Shown: positions 41,066 to 49,072 of the stretch, in pieces
Layout of the letters: every line of letters begins with the position of its first letter
Position numbering within the stretch: the first letter of the stretch is position 1
The notes under the pieces: model-generated
The model's database searches: none
Told to the model about the DNA's origin: nothing
The model's input: only the letters and a program-made list of their open reading frames with translations
From: Anaerolineae bacterium
GTDB taxonomy: Bacteria; Chloroflexota; Anaerolineae; Epilineales; JAHCIE01
DNA length: 64,000 nucleotides
Assembly (NCBI GenBank): GCA_026129165.1
Contig: JAHCIP010000001.1
Location: forward strand, 13,766-77,765
Direction of reading: 5' to 3'
Program-made: the position numbers and the translations under genes

Positions 41066-44065
41066 ATGTCTGATCTATCCTTCGGTCAGTGGCTCAAGCG
41101 GCGGCGGGCCGGGCTGGGGCTGACCCAGGCCGAACTGGCTGACGCGGTCGGCTACAGCCGCGAAATGATTCGCAAGCTCGAAGTGGACAGGCTGCGGCCC
41201 TCGAAGGCGCTAGCCGTGCGGCTGGCCGCAGTCCTCCAGCTCCCGCCCGAAGACCACGCCGCGTTTATCCGCTTCGCCCGCGACGAGGGCAGCGACCCGC
41301 CGCCTCCCCTGCCCACGCAGACCACCAGCGTCCCCCCACCCTCCACACTCGACGCTTCACGCTCCACCTCTGCTCCCCTCCCCCACAACCTGCCCATTCC
41401 TCCCACCCCCCTCGTCGGGCGCGAGGCAGAGACGCGACAGGTCGCCTCTCTCCTCCACCGTCCCGACGTGCGTCTCGTCACCCTCACCGGCCCCGGCGGC
41501 AGCGGCAAAACGCGCCTGGCGCTAGAAGTGGCGCATACGCTGACGAAAGACCGAGGACGGAAGACGGAAGACGAAGGGCGAAATACGAAATACGCATTAC
41601 GCACTACGGACGGCGTCTTCTTCGTCAACCTCGCGCCTATCACTGACCCCAGCCTGGTGATAGCGACGATAGCACAGGCGTTGGACGTGCGGGAGAGCGG
41701 GGGGCGTCCCCTACTGGAGAGCGTGAAGGACTACCTACGCGAGAAGGAGATGCTACTGCTGCTGGACAACTTCGAGCAGGTGGTCGAAGCGGCTCCTATC
41801 GTGGCCGACCTGCTGGCCTACGCGCCGGGTCTCAAATGTCTCGTTACCAGCCGTATCCCGCTGCACCTGCGCGGCGAGAAGGAGTTCCTCGTTGAACCGC
41901 TCCCGCTGCCAAGCCGGGATAGCCGACCGCTGACGGTAGACGGCCGCCAAGAAACGGATTACGCGGCGCGCATCACGCAATATGCCGCCGTTGCCCTGTT
42001 CATCCAGCGGGCGCAGGATGTGAAAGCCGACTTCCAGGTGACGAACGAGAACGCCCCCGCCGTGGCTGAAATCTGCCATCGGCTCGACGGCTTGCCCCTC
42101 GCCATTGAATTGGCGGCGGCGCGGGCGCGCGTCCTCACGCCGGAAGCCATGCTCCCCCGGCTCCAGCGCCGGCTGGCATTCCTGACCAGCGGCCCCGCCG
42201 ACTTACCGGCCCGTCAGCAGACGCTCCGCGCCACCATTGACTGGAGCTTTAGTCTGTTGACAGCAGGCGAGCAGGCTCTCTTTACCCGGCTGGCCGTCTT
42301 CCACGGCGGGTTCACCCTGGAAGCGGCCGAAGCGCTGTGCGGCGACGACGACGGAGGACGAAGGACGGAGGAAGAGAACTCTCGTCCGTCGTCCGTCCTC
42401 CATCTTCCGTCAGTCCTGGACGGTGTCGAATCGTTGGTCGCCCAGAGCCTGGTGCGGCGTGCCCTGCGTGGCAGCGCCGAGGCAGAAGCAGCCTCGCTGC
42501 CGTTCACCATGCTCGAAACGATCCGCGAGTATGCCCTGGACCGCTTTGCGGCCAGCCCAGAGGCTGGCATGGTCCGACAGAGACACGCCCAGTATTACCT
42601 TGGTCTGGTGGAGGAGGCGGAGCCTCAACTGATGGGGGCTGGGCTGACGGCCTGGTTGGGGCGGCTGGGCGCGGAGTGGGAGAATATCCGGGCGGCGGTG
42701 GGTTGGCTGCGAGACAGCGCCCAGCCAGAGGCCCTGCTCAGGCTCGTTGGCGCGTTACGCCGCTTCTGTGAACTTCAGGGACGCTCCAGCGAGGCGTTGG
42801 CCTGGCTGGAGGAGGGTTTGAACCAGGGCGGGGAGGTCGCGGCGGCGGTGCGGGCCAAGGCTCTCCATGTGGCGTCAAATCTGGCGCAGAACATGGGCGA
42901 CCTGGACGGCGCGGTGCGGTTGGGCGAGGCGAGTCTGGCCCTCCGCCGCGAGTTGGGCGACCAGCAGGGCATGGCGCGGACGCTCAACAACCTGGCTGTG
43001 ACGGCCTGGTCGCAGGGCAATTTCAGCCAGGCCCGCGAGTTACACGCGGCCAGCCTCGCCATCAAACGCGCGCTCAACGACCGGCTGGGCATGGCCTATT
43101 CCCTCAACAACCTGGGCCTGATTGCCACCGACCAGGACGACTACCCCACCGCGCGGGCCTTGCTAGAGGAGAGCCTGACCCTGCGGCGAGAATTGGGCGA
43201 CCAGCACGGCGTCGCCGTCTCCCTTCTCAACCTGGGCAATGTGGCCCGCCAGCAGGGTCAATTGGGGGAAGCCCGCGCCCTCTACGAGCAGAGCCTGGCG
43301 CAGTTACGCCGCCTGGGAGATCGGGCCAATGAGGCGCGGGTGCAGAGCGTGCTGGGTCTCACCCTGGCCGAGCAGGGTGACTACGCCGCCGCCTTCGCCC
43401 ATTTGCAGGCCAGTCTGGACCTGCGGCGGACGCTCGGCAATAAACGCGACATCACCGTGTCGCTTAACAATCTGGGGCAGGCCGCGCTCTATCAAGGCGA
43501 TGTGGCCTGGGCGCGGCTGGTGTTTGAGGACGCCCTGGGCCTGGCCCGCGAGGGCGGCGCGAAGATGGGGCAGGCCAACGCGCTGGTCGGGCTGGGCCAG
43601 GTGGCCCTGGCTGAGGGGCGGTGGGAAGACAGCCGGCGCTATCTGCTGGCGGGGCTGGACCTACAGCGCGAGCTGGGGGATCAGGGAGGGGTAGCGACAA
43701 CGCTGCTCGCCCTGGCGAAGCTCAATGCCCACGCTGGCGACATGGGGAACGCTCTTGCTAGGGCGCGCGAGAGCCTGGGCGAGTTGCACCGGCTGGGCCT
43801 TCAACTATTCCTGGCCGATGCCCTTGAAACCTTAGTCGGGCTGCTTGGGCGTGGCGATCCCGATGGGGCAACCCGCCTGGGCGGGGCAGCCGCCGCCTTG
43901 CGGGCGAGACTGGGGATTCCGCTGCCGCGAGGCGCACAAGGGGAGTGGGCGCGACGGCTGGACGAACTGAGGGGAGCGCTGGGGGGGAATCGTTTCGAGG
44001 CCCTGTACCAGACGGGCCACACGCTACCCCTCACTGAAGCCGTCGCGGAGGCGCTGGCGGATTGA
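41066..44065 (+). CDS. STAND-type regulator: N-terminal XRE-family HTH, NB-ARC/AAA ATPase module, C-terminal TPR array. Carries two in-frame insertions derived from a palindromic repeat family.
   Basis: 999 aa. HTH LGLTQAELADAVGYSREMIRKLE. Walker A LTGPGGSGKTRLA, Walker B LLLLDNFEQV, GLPLAIELAAA (NB-ARC GxP-like). About 12 TPR units (...LNNLA...YSLNNLG...LLNLG...). Low-complexity inserts TKDRGRKTEDEGRNTKYALRTTDG and DDDGGRRTEEENSRPSSVLHLPSVLDG. Confidence 0.8.
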   Translation: MSDLSFGQWLKRRRAGLGLTQAELADAVGYSREMIRKLEVDRLRPSKALAVRLAAVLQLPPEDHAAFIRFARDEGSDPPPPLPTQTTSVPPPSTLDASRSTSAPLPHNLPIPPTPLVGREAETRQVASLLHRPDVRLVTLTGPGGSGKTRLALEVAHTLTKDRGRKTEDEGRNTKYALRTTDGVFFVNLAPITDPSLVIATIAQALDVRESGGRPLLESVKDYLREKEMLLLLDNFEQVVEAAPIVADLLAYAPGLKCLVTSRIPLHLRGEKEFLVEPLPLPSRDSRPLTVDGRQETDYAARITQYAAVALFIQRAQDVKADFQVTNENAPAVAEICHRLDGLPLAIELAAARARVLTPEAMLPRLQRRLAFLTSGPADLPARQQTLRATIDWSFSLLTAGEQALFTRLAVFHGGFTLEAAEALCGDDDGGRRTEEENSRPSSVLHLPSVLDGVESLVAQSLVRRALRGSAEAEAASLPFTMLETIREYALDRFAASPEAGMVRQRHAQYYLGLVEEAEPQLMGAGLTAWLGRLGAEWENIRAAVGWLRDSAQPEALLRLVGALRRFCELQGRSSEALAWLEEGLNQGGEVAAAVRAKALHVASNLAQNMGDLDGAVRLGEASLALRRELGDQQGMARTLNNLAVTAWSQGNFSQARELHAASLAIKRALNDRLGMAYSLNNLGLIATDQDDYPTARALLEESLTLRRELGDQHGVAVSLLNLGNVARQQGQLGEARALYEQSLAQLRRLGDRANEARVQSVLGLTLAEQGDYAAAFAHLQASLDLRRTLGNKRDITVSLNNLGQAALYQGDVAWARLVFEDALGLAREGGAKMGQANALVGLGQVALAEGRWEDSRRYLLAGLDLQRELGDQGGVATTLLALAKLNAHAGDMGNALARARESLGELHRLGLQLFLADALETLVGLLGRGDPDGATRLGGAAAALRARLGIPLPRGAQGEWARRLDELRGALGGNRFEALYQTGHTLPLTEAVAEALAD

Positions 44066-44067
44066 CC

Positions 44068-44355
44068 TCACGCCCGCCGCTTGAGGAGAATCCACTCGCG
44101 CCGCTTGGGTGGGCGGTCCAGGTAAAGCTCGAAGACCTTCTCGTCGGTGGTGCGGACGACATAATAGTTGCGGTGGCGGCGGTGGATCCAGCCGTGGACG
44201 TGGGCGTAGTTGGGGATGCCCCAGTCCTGCCACTCCTGGAGGACTTCGGCCACCGTATAGCGGTCACCGCGCCACACGAAGGCCGTCGGCATCATCCGTT
44301 CCTGGCTGTACTCGACCTCAATCGGTTCCGAGATAAACTCTTCGCTCATCTCCAC
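44068..44355 (-). CDS. Hypothetical 95-aa protein (W/H/R-rich; no recognised domain)
   Basis: Complete ORF, MEMSEEFISEPIEVEY...HGWIHRRHRNYYVVRTTDEKVFELYLD. 2-bp gap after the STAND stop on the opposite strand. Confidence 0.35.
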   Translation of the reverse strand: MEMSEEFISEPIEVEYSQERMMPTAFVWRGDRYTVAEVLQEWQDWGIPNYAHVHGWIHRRHRNYYVVRTTDEKVFELYLDRPPKRREWILLKRRA

Positions 44356-44423
44356 CGCCGCCTGCTTGTGGGGCAGCCTGTCGAGGCTGCCAGCACAGGC
44401 TGGAAAGCCTGCGCCACGACTGG

Positions 44424-44663
44424 CTAAAACACGGGTGGCTCACCCCGCCACTGCTCGTCCTCCGCCGAGTCGGCCTCAAAGTAGCGTTCCTCGTCCGCGC
44501 CCTGTTGGGCCAGGACTTGCATCCGTTCGTCCAGGGACCGCTGCGACAACTTCGTCTCGCCCGCCATCAACTCGCTCAGGAGGGTATAGGCGGTCGTCAG
44601 CTTCGCCTGGGGCAGCTGGTGCACCAGGTCGGTCAGTTCAGCGACGGTGACTTCCTTTTTCAT
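44424..44663 (-). CDS. Hypothetical 79-aa acidic protein, possibly DUF2281-like antitoxin-type
   Basis: MKKEVTVAELTDLVHQLPQAKLTTAYTLLSELMAGE pattern (L..LP...L.....L..L) reminiscent of DUF2281. Acidic tail. Confidence 0.3.
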   Translation of the reverse strand: MKKEVTVAELTDLVHQLPQAKLTTAYTLLSELMAGETKLSQRSLDERMQVLAQQGADEERYFEADSAEDEQWRGEPPVF

Positions 44664-44803
44664 CGGTAGCTCCTCGTATCAAGGTTGAGGCTCGCCGTGG
44701 CCGAGATAGTCAGCAATGCGCACTTCATCATTGATGGCGCACCTGGCCGGATCCCAGACGAGCATAGTGCGATCAGGGTTAATCTCGTACTTCTCACGTT
44801 CCT

Positions 44804-46159
44804 CTAGATGCCCCCAACAAATCTACCCGGGTTGAGCGTCCCCTGTGGGTCGAACTGGGTCTTGAGCGCCTGCATCAGGCGGAAGTCGGAGCGCGTCGGC
44901 CCCCACACGCCGATGGCCATCTTGATGGCGGTCGGTGCGTGCTCGACCACACTCGTCCCGCCCAGGTCGGCCAGCCGGGCGCGGAGGGCGTGACCTGCCT
45001 GAACCAGGCGTGCCTGGAGAGCTTCCTCCTCCCCAAAGCCGCGCATCGTCGTCAGCACCACACCGTTGCCCGCATAGGCGATCTGGCCGACGGGCAGACC
45101 GTGGTCACGGGCGACGGCCTGGGCCGCCTGCATGGCGTCGGCGACGCGGCTGGGCAGCACGGCGTTCTTGAAGCGCAGGGCGCGGCGGGCCGTCATGTCC
45201 AGCGGCAGGTCAGCCAGCGCCGCCCAAAGTTCAGCGTCCGCTTCCACCGTTCGCGGCGCGCCCCCCACCCGCTCGGCCATCTGGCCCAACTCGCGCAGTT
45301 GCCGTTCAACGGCGGGCGGGATGCCGCCGAAGCGCGCCAGAAGCAAGACCTCGGTGGCGGGTGGGGCCAGGTCGGGGACGCGGAAGAGGGCCTGGCGCAC
45401 CGCGCCCATATCCAGGATGCATAGGGCAGCCGGCGTCATGGACGAGGTGAGGACCTGGCCCGCGAGTTGGCCGGCCACGTCTAGGGTCGGGCAGATGACG
45501 GCCAGCGTCCCCCACGTGCGCGGCAGCGGCTGGAGCTTGAAGGTGGCCTCCACGACAACACCCAGCGTACCCAGCGAGCCGACGAACAGCTTGGGCAGAT
45601 CATAGCCGGCCACGTTCTTGACCACCTTGGCCCCGCCGAGATAGACCATCCCGTCGGCCTGGACGATGCGCAGGCCAATGAGCAGGTCGCGCGGCGTGCC
45701 GAAGCCCAGGCGGTGCGGGCCGCTGGCGGCTGTAGCGATGAGGCCGCCTAGCGTGCGGTTCGCCCCGCCCGGCGGATCCAGCGGGAGCCACTGACGCCGC
45801 TCGCCGAGGGTTTGCTGAAGTTGGCCGAGGGTGATGCCCGCCTGGACGGTCACGGTCAGGTCGGCCGGCTCGTATTCGAGAACGCGGTTCAGCCGGCTCA
45901 GGTCGAGGACCAGGTCGGCGCGGCGCGGGGGCTCGCCCAAGCCTAGTGTCGTCCCCGCTCCACGAGGGATGACCGCCAGCCCCTGGCGATTGGCCCAGGC
46001 CAGCGTCGCGGCCACCGCCTCCTCGTCGCCAGGGCGCACAATCAGGCCCGGCGTCACGCCCTCAATGGCGGCTTCGGCCAGGGCGTCGGGCTCGGTTTGA
46101 ATATGCTCAGGGCCGAGGGCATCGGCCAGTTGGTCAGGTAAGGTAAGTGAATTTATCAT
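44804..46159 (-). CDS. FAD-binding oxidase subunit, GlcE-like (glycolate oxidase FAD-binding subunit homolog)
   Basis: 451 aa from ATG 46159 (MINSLTLPDQLADALGPEHIQ...). FAD_binding_4 motifs (RGAGTTLGLG, P.ADLVLDLSRLNRVLEYEPADLTVTVQAGITL). Start overlaps upstream stop as ATGA. Confidence 0.7.
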   Translation of the reverse strand: MINSLTLPDQLADALGPEHIQTEPDALAEAAIEGVTPGLIVRPGDEEAVAATLAWANRQGLAVIPRGAGTTLGLGEPPRRADLVLDLSRLNRVLEYEPADLTVTVQAGITLGQLQQTLGERRQWLPLDPPGGANRTLGGLIATAASGPHRLGFGTPRDLLIGLRIVQADGMVYLGGAKVVKNVAGYDLPKLFVGSLGTLGVVVEATFKLQPLPRTWGTLAVICPTLDVAGQLAGQVLTSSMTPAALCILDMGAVRQALFRVPDLAPPATEVLLLARFGGIPPAVERQLRELGQMAERVGGAPRTVEADAELWAALADLPLDMTARRALRFKNAVLPSRVADAMQAAQAVARDHGLPVGQIAYAGNGVVLTTMRGFGEEEALQARLVQAGHALRARLADLGGTSVVEHAPTAIKMAIGVWGPTRSDFRLMQALKTQFDPQGTLNPGRFVGGI

Positions 46160-46929
46160 CGGCGTAACATCGCTATCATGGCCTGCGCGGTGGTCAGTTC
46201 GGCGCGAACGTCCGCCTCCCGAATGGGAACTTTGGACGGGTAGCGCGAGTCGGTGTAGTACTTCTGAACCTGTTTGCACAAGGGCATGTAATGGATTAGG
46301 GCCGGATCGTACTTGAGGGCCTCGTCTAACAACTCGACTAGCTCGTGAGTACGCTGAAGCCGCCAGCCGTGATGGATGAGAAAGGCTTTCAGGAACTTTT
46401 CGAGGGCCTGTTGCAGGAAGAAGGCGGCTCCCTCGGCATCACTATCTTGAAGCAGGACTTTGATGCGGCGTAAGTCGCGCTCGGCCTTCGCGTACCACTC
46501 CTGTGCATAGCGGCGCGCCCGGGGGGTGCTGCCATAGCTCGGCGGCCCTGGCTCCCGCACCACCCGCACAGAGGATCTGTCGGCGGGGGACCGACGGTAG
46601 AGCCACTCGCCCTGGCGCAGAATGTCCTCGATGAAGTGGTCGCCGATGTCCAGCCGCTCGTTGATTTCATCCGGTGTGTACACCAGAATGTCCATTGGCC
46701 CGTAGGGGTGACGCCCATCTTCGCCCTCCAGGCAGGCTCGCGCTTCCCTGTAACGCTCGGCTGAGGACGCGAGCGTGGTCTTGATGAGCAGCAGGTCAAT
46801 GTCGCTGTCGGGGCGGGGATGGCCGTAGGCCTGGGAGCCGAACAGGATAATCGCTTCGGGCGCATAGCCTTCGACCAGCCGGGCGACGATCGTCTGGATC
46901 ACCTCTTGCCTCTCCACTGTCACTACCAT
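46156..46929 (-). CDS. Fused minimal nucleotidyltransferase (MNT) + HEPN domain protein
   Basis: 257 aa from MVVTVERQEVIQ. MNT motif ILFGSQAYGHPRPDSDIDLLLI (GS...[DE]xD). C-terminal HEPN with Rx4HxL motif (GWRLQRTHELVELL). Confidence 0.75.
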   Translation of the reverse strand: MVVTVERQEVIQTIVARLVEGYAPEAIILFGSQAYGHPRPDSDIDLLLIKTTLASSAERYREARACLEGEDGRHPYGPMDILVYTPDEINERLDIGDHFIEDILRQGEWLYRRSPADRSSVRVVREPGPPSYGSTPRARRYAQEWYAKAERDLRRIKVLLQDSDAEGAAFFLQQALEKFLKAFLIHHGWRLQRTHELVELLDEALKYDPALIHYMPLCKQVQKYYTDSRYPSKVPIREADVRAELTTAQAMIAMLRR

Positions 46930-46952
46930 CGTCCCCTCCTCTGACCCTCCAA

Positions 46953-46982
46953 CCTCCCGAAGGTTCCACAACCTTCGGGAGG
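46953..46982. repeat. Palindromic element CCTCCCGAAGGTT-ccac-AACCTTCGGGAGG (copy 2 of 2)
   Basis: Same 13-bp stems as 33120-33149. Sits in the 75-bp spacer between the PRTase stop and the MNT-HEPN start. Confidence 0.85.
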
Positions 46983-47004
46983 TTCCTAAGATACAAGGAG
47001 GCCA

Positions 47005-47537
47005 TTGGCATCCAGACCTTGCGCCGCCAGCGCCTCGACCAGTTCCGGGTGCGGTTCCCAACGGCCCTCGGCGTATACCTGGCGGTCCCAGGGGAAGAGG
47101 GCCAGGGCATCGCTGACGAGGGCGACCAGGTCGGGCATCGGGTTGGCCCACGAGTGGGCGACGAGGCAGGCGGTGACGACGTCGGCCGCGCCACGCGCCC
47201 GAACCTCCTCGGCTACCAGGGCCAGCGTCTCGCCCGTGTCCGCGATTTCATCTATCACCGCCACCCGCTGCCCCTGGACCGCGTCGGGGACGGGAACCTT
47301 CCAGACCGGGCGGCTGGCGACGACGCGATCCTGGACCCGGCGAGTGACGCGCACCGGGTAGAACTCGCAGCGCAGCATACAGGCGACGGCGGTGGCGGGA
47401 AAGAGACCCGTGCGCGCCACGCCGACCACCAGATCCACATCACGCGCCGCTTCCGCCAACCGCTGCGACAACTGGTAGAACCGCGACCAGCCGATGTCTT
47501 CAATTCCCTGTCGGTGGGCGTAGTCGTAGCTTTGCAT
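47005..47537 (-). CDS. Phosphoribosyltransferase-domain protein (type I PRTase fold)
   Basis: 177 aa from MQSYDYAHRQGIEDIGW. PRPP-binding loop RVAVIDEIADTGETL. The longer ORF-track start reads through a repeat element. Confidence 0.65.
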
Positions 47538-47547
47538 GGGGCTTCTC

Positions 47548-47614
47548 GACCAAGGACGAAAGACCAAAGACCAACAAGGAGATATATTGGTCGTTGGTCC
47601 TTCGTCCTTGGTCC
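47548..47614. repeat. Imperfect ~26-bp inverted repeat hairpin of the GGACGAA(A/G)GACC family filling the glcD-stop to PRTase-start spacer
   Basis: gaccaaggacgaaagaccaaagaccaacaagg-agatatat-tggtcgttggtccttcgtccttggtcc. Related copies at 40876-40924, 41542-41613 and 42344-42423. Confidence 0.8.
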
Positions 47615-49063
47615 CTACAAGGTGTGGTCCTCCGCCACGACCTGGGGCAAGCGGCGGTGCTTCTTGCCGACTTCGTAGCATGCCTTCGAGGTCGGGAACA
47701 TCTTGCCGGGGTTGCACAGTCCAGCCGGGTTGAACGCCGCGCGCACCTGGACCATCGCCCGCAGATCCGCCCCGTCGAACTGGTCGCACATATCCTCGCG
47801 CTTCTCGACGCCGATGCCGTGCTCGCCGCTGATGGAACCGCCCGCCTCGATGCACACCCGCAGGATATCGGTTCCGCACTTCACAACCGCCCGCACCTGG
47901 GCCGGGTCACGCTCGTCGAACAGAATCAGCGGGTGGAGGTTGCCGTCGCCGGCGTGGAAGACGTTGGCGATGCGGAAGCCGTACTGCCGGCTGATCTCGT
48001 TGACGCGGTGGAGTACCCACGGCAGCTTGGTGCGCGGGATGACGCCGTCCTGGACGTAGTACGACGGCGACAGGCGGCCCATCGCGCCGAACGCGCCCTT
48101 GCGCCCCGCCCACAGCTTGTCGCGCTCGGCGGTGGTCTTGGCCTCGCGCACCTCGCGCGCCCCCTGAGCGCGGCATAGCTCGGCCACGTGGTCGGCCAAT
48201 CCTTGCAGGCCGTCGGTAAACCCTTCCAGGTCAATCAGCAGCACCGCCGCCGCGTCTGTGGGGTAGCCACACTTCTTGGCCGCCTCGACGGCGCGGATGG
48301 CGGTGTTGTCCATCATCTCCAACGCGGCGGGGATCGTCCCGTCGGCGATGATGGCCGACACAGCATTGCTGGCGTTGTCCACGGCGTCGAACACAGCCAG
48401 CAGTGTCTTGACCGCTTCGGGCTGGTGGACCAGGCGCACCAGAACCTCGGTGACGAGACCCAGCGTCCCCTCCGAGCCGACCATTAAGCCGGTCAGATCG
48501 TAGCCGGGCGCGTCGGCGGTGGGCAGCCCCAGCCTCACGACCTCGCTGTCTGGCAGCACCGCCTCCAGCATATGCGTGTGATTAGACGTGACGCCGTAGG
48601 CCAGGCAGTGCGGGCCGCCCGAGTTCTCGGCCACGTTGCCGCCAATAGTGCACGCCCGCTGGCTGGACGGGTCCGGCACGTAGTAGAAGCCCTGACCCGC
48701 GACAGCCGTAGTGACATCTATGTTGACCACGCCTGGCTGGACCGTCGCCCGCAGGTTGGGCAGGTCAATGTCGAGGATGCGCCTCATGCGGGCGAAGGAG
48801 ACGACGATGCCGCCCTGGACCGGCACGGCCCCGCCAGAGAGGCCCGTCCCCGCGCCGCGCGGCATGAAGGGCAGGCTGTGCTCGTTGGCGAGGCGCACCA
48901 CCGCCGCCACCTCCGCCGTCGTCTCTGGAAAGACGACAAAGTCGGGTTGCGCCTTGTCCAGCGCGCCATCGTACTCGTAGAGCGCGACGTCCTGGGGGCG
49001 GTGCAGCACCTTGTCCTGGCCGAGGAGCGTCTCTAACTGGCGGAGAATCGTCGTCTTATCCAT
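47615..49063 (-). CDS. FAD-linked oxidase, GlcD-like (glycolate oxidase / D-lactate dehydrogenase family)
   Basis: 482 aa. FAD_binding_4 (VVFPETTAEVAAVVRLANEHSLPFMPRGAGTGLSGGAVP) plus C-terminal FAD-oxidase_C domain. Confidence 0.8.
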   Translation of the reverse strand: MDKTTILRQLETLLGQDKVLHRPQDVALYEYDGALDKAQPDFVVFPETTAEVAAVVRLANEHSLPFMPRGAGTGLSGGAVPVQGGIVVSFARMRRILDIDLPNLRATVQPGVVNIDVTTAVAGQGFYYVPDPSSQRACTIGGNVAENSGGPHCLAYGVTSNHTHMLEAVLPDSEVVRLGLPTADAPGYDLTGLMVGSEGTLGLVTEVLVRLVHQPEAVKTLLAVFDAVDNASNAVSAIIADGTIPAALEMMDNTAIRAVEAAKKCGYPTDAAAVLLIDLEGFTDGLQGLADHVAELCRAQGAREVREAKTTAERDKLWAGRKGAFGAMGRLSPSYYVQDGVIPRTKLPWVLHRVNEISRQYGFRIANVFHAGDGNLHPLILFDERDPAQVRAVVKCGTDILRVCIEAGGSISGEHGIGVEKREDMCDQFDGADLRAMVQVRAAFNPAGLCNPGKMFPTSKACYEVGKKHRRLPQVVAEDHTL

Positions 49064-49072
49064 CGTCGCTCC

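Noticed and set aside
44690-44776. 28-codon ORF (MLVWDPARCAINDEVRIADYLGHGEPQP)
   Set aside because: Too short and without recognisable motif to call as a gene; mentioned only as a possible remnant.
46930-47151. N-terminal 74-codon extension of the MNT-HEPN ORF
   Set aside because: Runs through the palindromic repeat and encodes Gly/Pro/Arg low-complexity sequence; the MNT fold begins at MVVTVERQ.
47538-47879. N-terminal 114-codon extension of the PRTase ORF overlapping the glcD-like 3' end
   Set aside because: Reads through the inverted-repeat element and the antisense of glcD; the PRTase fold starts at MQSYDY.
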